A stretch of DNA of 39,087 nucleotides from a virus (lineage: Duplodnaviria > Caudoviricetes). The notes beneath the pieces were generated by a model. That model saw only the letters and a list, made by a program, of their open reading frames with translations. It was not told where the DNA came from and did no database searches. A program made the translations under genes and the position numbers. Positions 35,101-39,087 of the stretch are shown piece after piece; position 1 is the first letter of the stretch, and every line of letters starts with the position of its first letter. The stretch spans positions 1-39,087 of the IMG/VR virus record IMGVR_UViG_3300032227_000820. One strand, given 5' to 3'.

Positions 35101-35773
35101 TATTGTATCAATATGTATTCTAGCTTTATTGGCAGTATGGTATGTATTCATTTACAAAACTCCTAAATTTGATACTAAACCATATGAAAAAACTATTGAT
35201 TCACTTCAATATAGTATTGATTCTGTATTAATAGAAAATATTCATTTAGAAGGCGCTATTAGTGTATTAGAAGAAGATAACGAGTACTTGGTAGTTAAAG
35301 TAGGCAAATTAAATGAAAAAGTCTTAGATTTAAAAGGTGACCTTGAAGATGCAAAAGATGCTTTAAAATACACTCCTACTCAAGTAGATAGTTTCTTTGT
35401 GGCTAAGTATCCTAACGAATACATTGCGACATCTAAAGATACAACTCAACTTCCTTTAGAAGTAAGTAAAGCAGTAGTTGTTGATCTTCAAGAAGGAGAA
35501 ACAAATGAAAAGTTAGTAGTTGCTCAAGATAGTGTTATAGTTACCTTAGACCAATCTCTTAAGAATCGTGAAGAAGTTATTGTTAAGTTGAGAGATAAAG
35601 AAGCCAACTATATTCAAATAGATAAAGACAAATCAAGCCAAATTGACAACTATAAAATACAAGTTGATGGTTTGAAAACAGAAGTAAAAAAAGCTGATCG
35701 CAAACTTAAATTTGGTAGATTCCAAAAAGTAGCCTTAGGCGCTGCGATCATAGGTTTATTAATTGTAAAATAA
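35084..35773 (+). CDS. membrane-anchored coiled-coil protein (spanin-like candidate)
   Basis: N-terminal TM, long heptad regions, hydrophobic C-terminus KVALGAAIIGLLIVK. Confidence 0.6.
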   Translation: MKKTISIVSICILALLAVWYVFIYKTPKFDTKPYEKTIDSLQYSIDSVLIENIHLEGAISVLEEDNEYLVVKVGKLNEKVLDLKGDLEDAKDALKYTPTQVDSFFVAKYPNEYIATSKDTTQLPLEVSKAVVVDLQEGETNEKLVVAQDSVIVTLDQSLKNREEVIVKLRDKEANYIQIDKDKSSQIDNYKIQVDGLKTEVKKADRKLKFGRFQKVALGAAIIGLLIVK

Positions 35774-37368
35774 TGTCTGACAACCAGATATCGATAAAAG
35801 AAAAGATTAAAGAAGAGTTTGTCAAATGTGCGACAGATCCTGTATACTTCATGAAGAAGTATTATATGATTCAGCATCCACAAAGAGGTAGACAGTTCTT
35901 TAATCTTTATCCATTTCAAGAAAAGGTTCTTAAACTGTTTCAGAAACATGATTATTCAATCATAAATAAGTCAAGACAGTTAGGTATATCTACCTTAGTA
36001 TCTGCTTACTCATTATGGTTAATGCTCTTTAATAAAGATAAAAACGTTCTTGTTATTGCTACTAAGCAAGACACTGCCAAGAACATGGTAACTAAAGTAA
36101 GGTTTGCTTACCAAAACTTACCAAGTTGGCTTAAAATTGGAACTGCTGAAGATAATAGGCTTAGTCTAAAATTAGTAAATGGTTCTCAAGTAAAAGCAGT
36201 ATCTGCCGCTGGTGATGCTGGTCGTTCTGAAGCCGTATCTTTACTAGTTATAGATGAGGCTGCGTTCATTGACAATATTGAAACTATCTTTACTGCTGCT
36301 CAACAAACATTGGCAACAGGTGGTGGTTGTATAGCTTTATCTACTCCTAATGGTGTAGGTAACTGGTTTCATAAAACTTATTTGTCAGCTCAAGAACAGC
36401 AAAACAGGTTTTTACCTATATCTCTTCCTTGGACTGTTCACCCTGAACGTAATCAAGATTGGAGAGATGAACAAGATAAGATATTAGGTAAGCGAAACGC
36501 TGCTCAAGAGTGTGATTGTGACTTTGCCACATCAGGTAATACAGTTATAGAACCTGAGATATTGAATTGGTATGAACAAAATATGATTTGTGAGCCAATA
36601 GAAAGGCGTGGTTTAGATAAAGCATTATGGTTGTGGGAATATCCCGATCCAATGAAATACTATGCCTTGGTTGCTGACGTTGCTCGTGGTGATGGTAAAG
36701 ACTACTCTTCTTTTCATGTTATAGATATAGAATCTGTAACTCAAGTAGCAGAGTATAAGTCACAAATAGATACTAGAGATTATGCTAATATAATATTAAG
36801 TGTTGCTTCTGAATATAATAATGCACTAGTTGTAATTGAGAATGCTAATATAGGTTGGGATGTAATTCAAACCGTATTAGAAAGAGGATATAACAATGTG
36901 CATTACAGTTATAAGCAAGACCAGAATATGGACTTTACTAAGTATGTAGATAGATTTAATACTCAGACTGGTTTAGTTCCTGGTTTTAGTACAACAGAAA
37001 AGACTAGGCCATTAGTTATAGAGAAGATGCGAGACTTTGTAGAGACTAAGGTGGCAAATATAAAGTCAATAAGACTTTTAGAGGAGTTAAGAGTTTTTAT
37101 TTGGAAAAATGGTAAAGCTCAAGCAATGCAAAGTTATAATGATGATTTAGTTATGTCTTTTGCTATTGCAATGTATTTAAGAGAAACAAGTCTTAGATAT
37201 AGAAAGACAGCAGAGAATTTAACTTATGCAGCATTAAATAGTTTTACTAGAACTCAAGATGATACTTTTAATTATAATGCAAATAACAAATATAATGAAA
37301 ATCCTTGGGTTATGAATATTAATACTCCAATGGGTGGCGAATCACAAGATTTAACTTGGTTAATTTAA
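35773..37368 (+). CDS. terL: terminase large subunit (T4 gp17-like)
   Basis: LYPFQ, KSRQLGIS (Walker A), LLVIDEAAF (Walker B), STPNG, ADVARG.GKDYS, IENAN.G, NDDLVM. Confidence 0.96.
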   Translation: MSDNQISIKEKIKEEFVKCATDPVYFMKKYYMIQHPQRGRQFFNLYPFQEKVLKLFQKHDYSIINKSRQLGISTLVSAYSLWLMLFNKDKNVLVIATKQDTAKNMVTKVRFAYQNLPSWLKIGTAEDNRLSLKLVNGSQVKAVSAAGDAGRSEAVSLLVIDEAAFIDNIETIFTAAQQTLATGGGCIALSTPNGVGNWFHKTYLSAQEQQNRFLPISLPWTVHPERNQDWRDEQDKILGKRNAAQECDCDFATSGNTVIEPEILNWYEQNMICEPIERRGLDKALWLWEYPDPMKYYALVADVARGDGKDYSSFHVIDIESVTQVAEYKSQIDTRDYANIILSVASEYNNALVVIENANIGWDVIQTVLERGYNNVHYSYKQDQNMDFTKYVDRFNTQTGLVPGFSTTEKTRPLVIEKMRDFVETKVANIKSIRLLEELRVFIWKNGKAQAMQSYNDDLVMSFAIAMYLRETSLRYRKTAENLTYAALNSFTRTQDDTFNYNANNKYNENPWVMNINTPMGGESQDLTWLI

Positions 37369-37372
37369 AAAT

Positions 37373-39087
37373 ATGGCAGAACAACAACCGCAAAAACAAA
37401 ACAATCTATTCTCTACCTTAAGACGCTTGTTCTCTACAGACGTTATTATTCGTAATGAGGGTGGAGATATGCTTAAAGTAATTGACACAGATACTATACA
37501 AAGGTCTGGTGTTATTCAAACTAATTCTTTAGTTGATAGATTTAATAAGGTGTATACTACATCAACAGCCTATGGTGTAAACCTTAACTTAGCGCAGAAT
37601 TATCAATCAGCAAGGGTTCAAATATACGCAGACTATGATGCTATGGATACAGATGCTATTTGTTGCGCAGCATTAGATATAGTAGCAGATGAATGTACTC
37701 TTAAAAACGAACAAGGTGAAGTATTGCAAATTAGGTCTTCTGATGAAAACATTCAGAAACTCCTCTACAATTTATTTTATTCTGTACTTAATATTGAATT
37801 TAATCTTTGGTCTTGGGTTCGTAATATGGCTAAATATGGCGACTTCTACCTCAAATTAGAGATCGCAGAAAATTACGGTGTTTATAATGTAATTCCTTTC
37901 TCTGCTTATAATATTATTCGTGAAGAAGGATATAATCCAGATAATCCACAAGAGGTAAGATTTAAATATGATCCAAATGCAACCCTGGCTTCATCTACAG
38001 GATATAGTGCACAAAAAAATACTGACACAGGTATTTGGTTTGATAACTTTGAAATGGCTCACTTTAGATTGACTGGAGATGTTAACTATCTTCCTTATGG
38101 TAGATCTTATTTAGAGCCTGGTCGTAAATTATTTAAACAATATACATTAATTGAAGATGCGATGTTGATTCATCGTATCGTAAGAGCACCAGAAAGAAGA
38201 ATTTTCTATGTAAATGTTGGAGCAATTCCTCCAGGTGAAGTAGATAACTACATGCAAAGGATGATTCAAAAGATGAAAAAGACTCCTTTGATTGATCCAA
38301 ATACAGGTAATTATAATCTTAAATATAATCAACAAAACCTATTAGAAGACTTCTTTATTCCTGTAAGAGGTAATGATACTTCTACTAAGATAGATACTGC
38401 AAAAGGCCTTGATTATAATGGTATTGAAGACGTAGCTTACTTCCGTGATAAGTTATTTGCAGCTCTTAAGATACCTAAAGCTTTCATGGGATATGAAAAA
38501 GACTTAACAGGTAAAGCCACACTCGCTGCAGAAGATATTCGTTTTGCTAGAACTATTGAAAGACTACAAAGAATTATTATTAGTGAGTTAACTAAGATCG
38601 CTTTAGTTCACTTATATGCTCATGGTTATACTAATGAATCTGCTGCTAACTTTAGCCTTTCATTGACTAACCCTTCTATTATTTATGATCAAGAAAGGAT
38701 AGCACTCTTCAAAGAAAAGATTGATTTGGCTAAACAAGCAATGGAAGGATCATTATTACCTAAAGACTTTATATACGATAAGATATTCCACTTCTCAGAA
38801 GACCAATATGCTGAACTTGAAGACATGATCATTGAAGATAAAAAGAGAGAGTTTAGATATGCACAAATAAAAGAAGAAGGTAATGATCCTGCAGAATCAG
38901 GCCAAGCATATGGAACTCCTCACCAAATAGCTAGTCTATATGGAGGTAAAGAAGATTCTATGTTGAATGTTCCTTATGGATATGATGAAAATAAGCCAGG
39001 TCGTCCTAAGTCTGTAACTTCTATTATTGGTACTGATAATTCTAGATTTGGTCGTGATCCAATTGGACAAGCTGCTTATAGTAAAAA
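37373..39087 (+). CDS. portal protein (T4 gp20-like), 3'-truncated by the window end
   Basis: Not in ORF track (no stop). MAEQQPQKQNNLFSTLRRLFS...DYDAMD...AALDIVADEC...GRSYLE...EDAMLIHRIVRAPERRIFYVNVG..P...EDFFIPVRG...IEDVAYF..KLFAALKIPK. Confidence 0.95.
   Translation, partial: MAEQQPQKQNNLFSTLRRLFSTDVIIRNEGGDMLKVIDTDTIQRSGVIQTNSLVDRFNKVYTTSTAYGVNLNLAQNYQSARVQIYADYDAMDTDAICCAALDIVADECTLKNEQGEVLQIRSSDENIQKLLYNLFYSVLNIEFNLWSWVRNMAKYGDFYLKLEIAENYGVYNVIPFSAYNIIREEGYNPDNPQEVRFKYDPNATLASSTGYSAQKNTDTGIWFDNFEMAHFRLTGDVNYLPYGRSYLEPGRKLFKQYTLIEDAMLIHRIVRAPERRIFYVNVGAIPPGEVDNYMQRMIQKMKKTPLIDPNTGNYNLKYNQQNLLEDFFIPVRGNDTSTKIDTAKGLDYNGIEDVAYFRDKLFAALKIPKAFMGYEKDLTGKATLAAEDIRFARTIERLQRIIISELTKIALVHLYAHGYTNESAANFSLSLTNPSIIYDQERIALFKEKIDLAKQAMEGSLLPKDFIYDKIFHFSEDQYAELEDMIIEDKKREFRYAQIKEEGNDPAESGQAYGTPHQIASLYGGKEDSMLNVPYGYDENKPGRPKSVTSIIGTDNSRFGRDPIGQAAYSK

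Noticed and set aside
145-38335. Antisense or out-of-frame ORFs in the track (e.g. 145..342, 1470..1691, 2839..3123, 16332..16694, 18390..18884, 26578..27003, 27346..27828, 32694..33080, 38147..38335)
   Set aside because: They overlap well-supported genes, have shadow-like composition (F/S/L/I-rich) and carry no motifs.
1-39087. Alternative genetic code, tRNA genes, CRISPR arrays, DGR/reverse transcriptase, integrase or transposase
   Set aside because: Genes tile densely under code 11 and none of these signatures was seen by eye; a tRNAscan/CRISPR scan was not run.
35773-39087. Intein or intron in terminase or portal
   Set aside because: TerL is 531 aa with contiguous motifs; the portal frame is uninterrupted to the window end.

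Overview
A 39 kb, very AT-rich segment of a large T4-like myovirus genome (standard genetic code; host probably Bacteroidota, judged from TAnnTTTG-type promoters and the lack of Shine-Dalgarno sites). In order: the end of a GC-richer DUF932 gene followed by a strongly structured GC-rich intergenic element; small early-type ORFs and two GIY-YIG-family genes; a minus-strand baseplate/tail module (gp7-, gp6-, gp25- and gp5-like); a minus-strand operon (glutaredoxin-like, HD hydrolase, gp55-like sigma factor) preceded by a ~250 nt structured non-coding leader; DNA primase and a PD-(D/E)XK exonuclease; a ~11 kb block of enzymes and modular small proteins; the terminase large subunit; and a portal gene truncated by the window end. 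The most notable patterns are (1) a shared N-terminal leader ending in hydrophobic-x-E plus internal LxE-like junctions between domains, suggesting capsid-targeted, protease-processed cargo polyproteins, (2) a recurrent ATATTTAT putative late promoter, and (3) two candidate structured RNAs. Family assignments come from motif recognition by eye; no searches were run.
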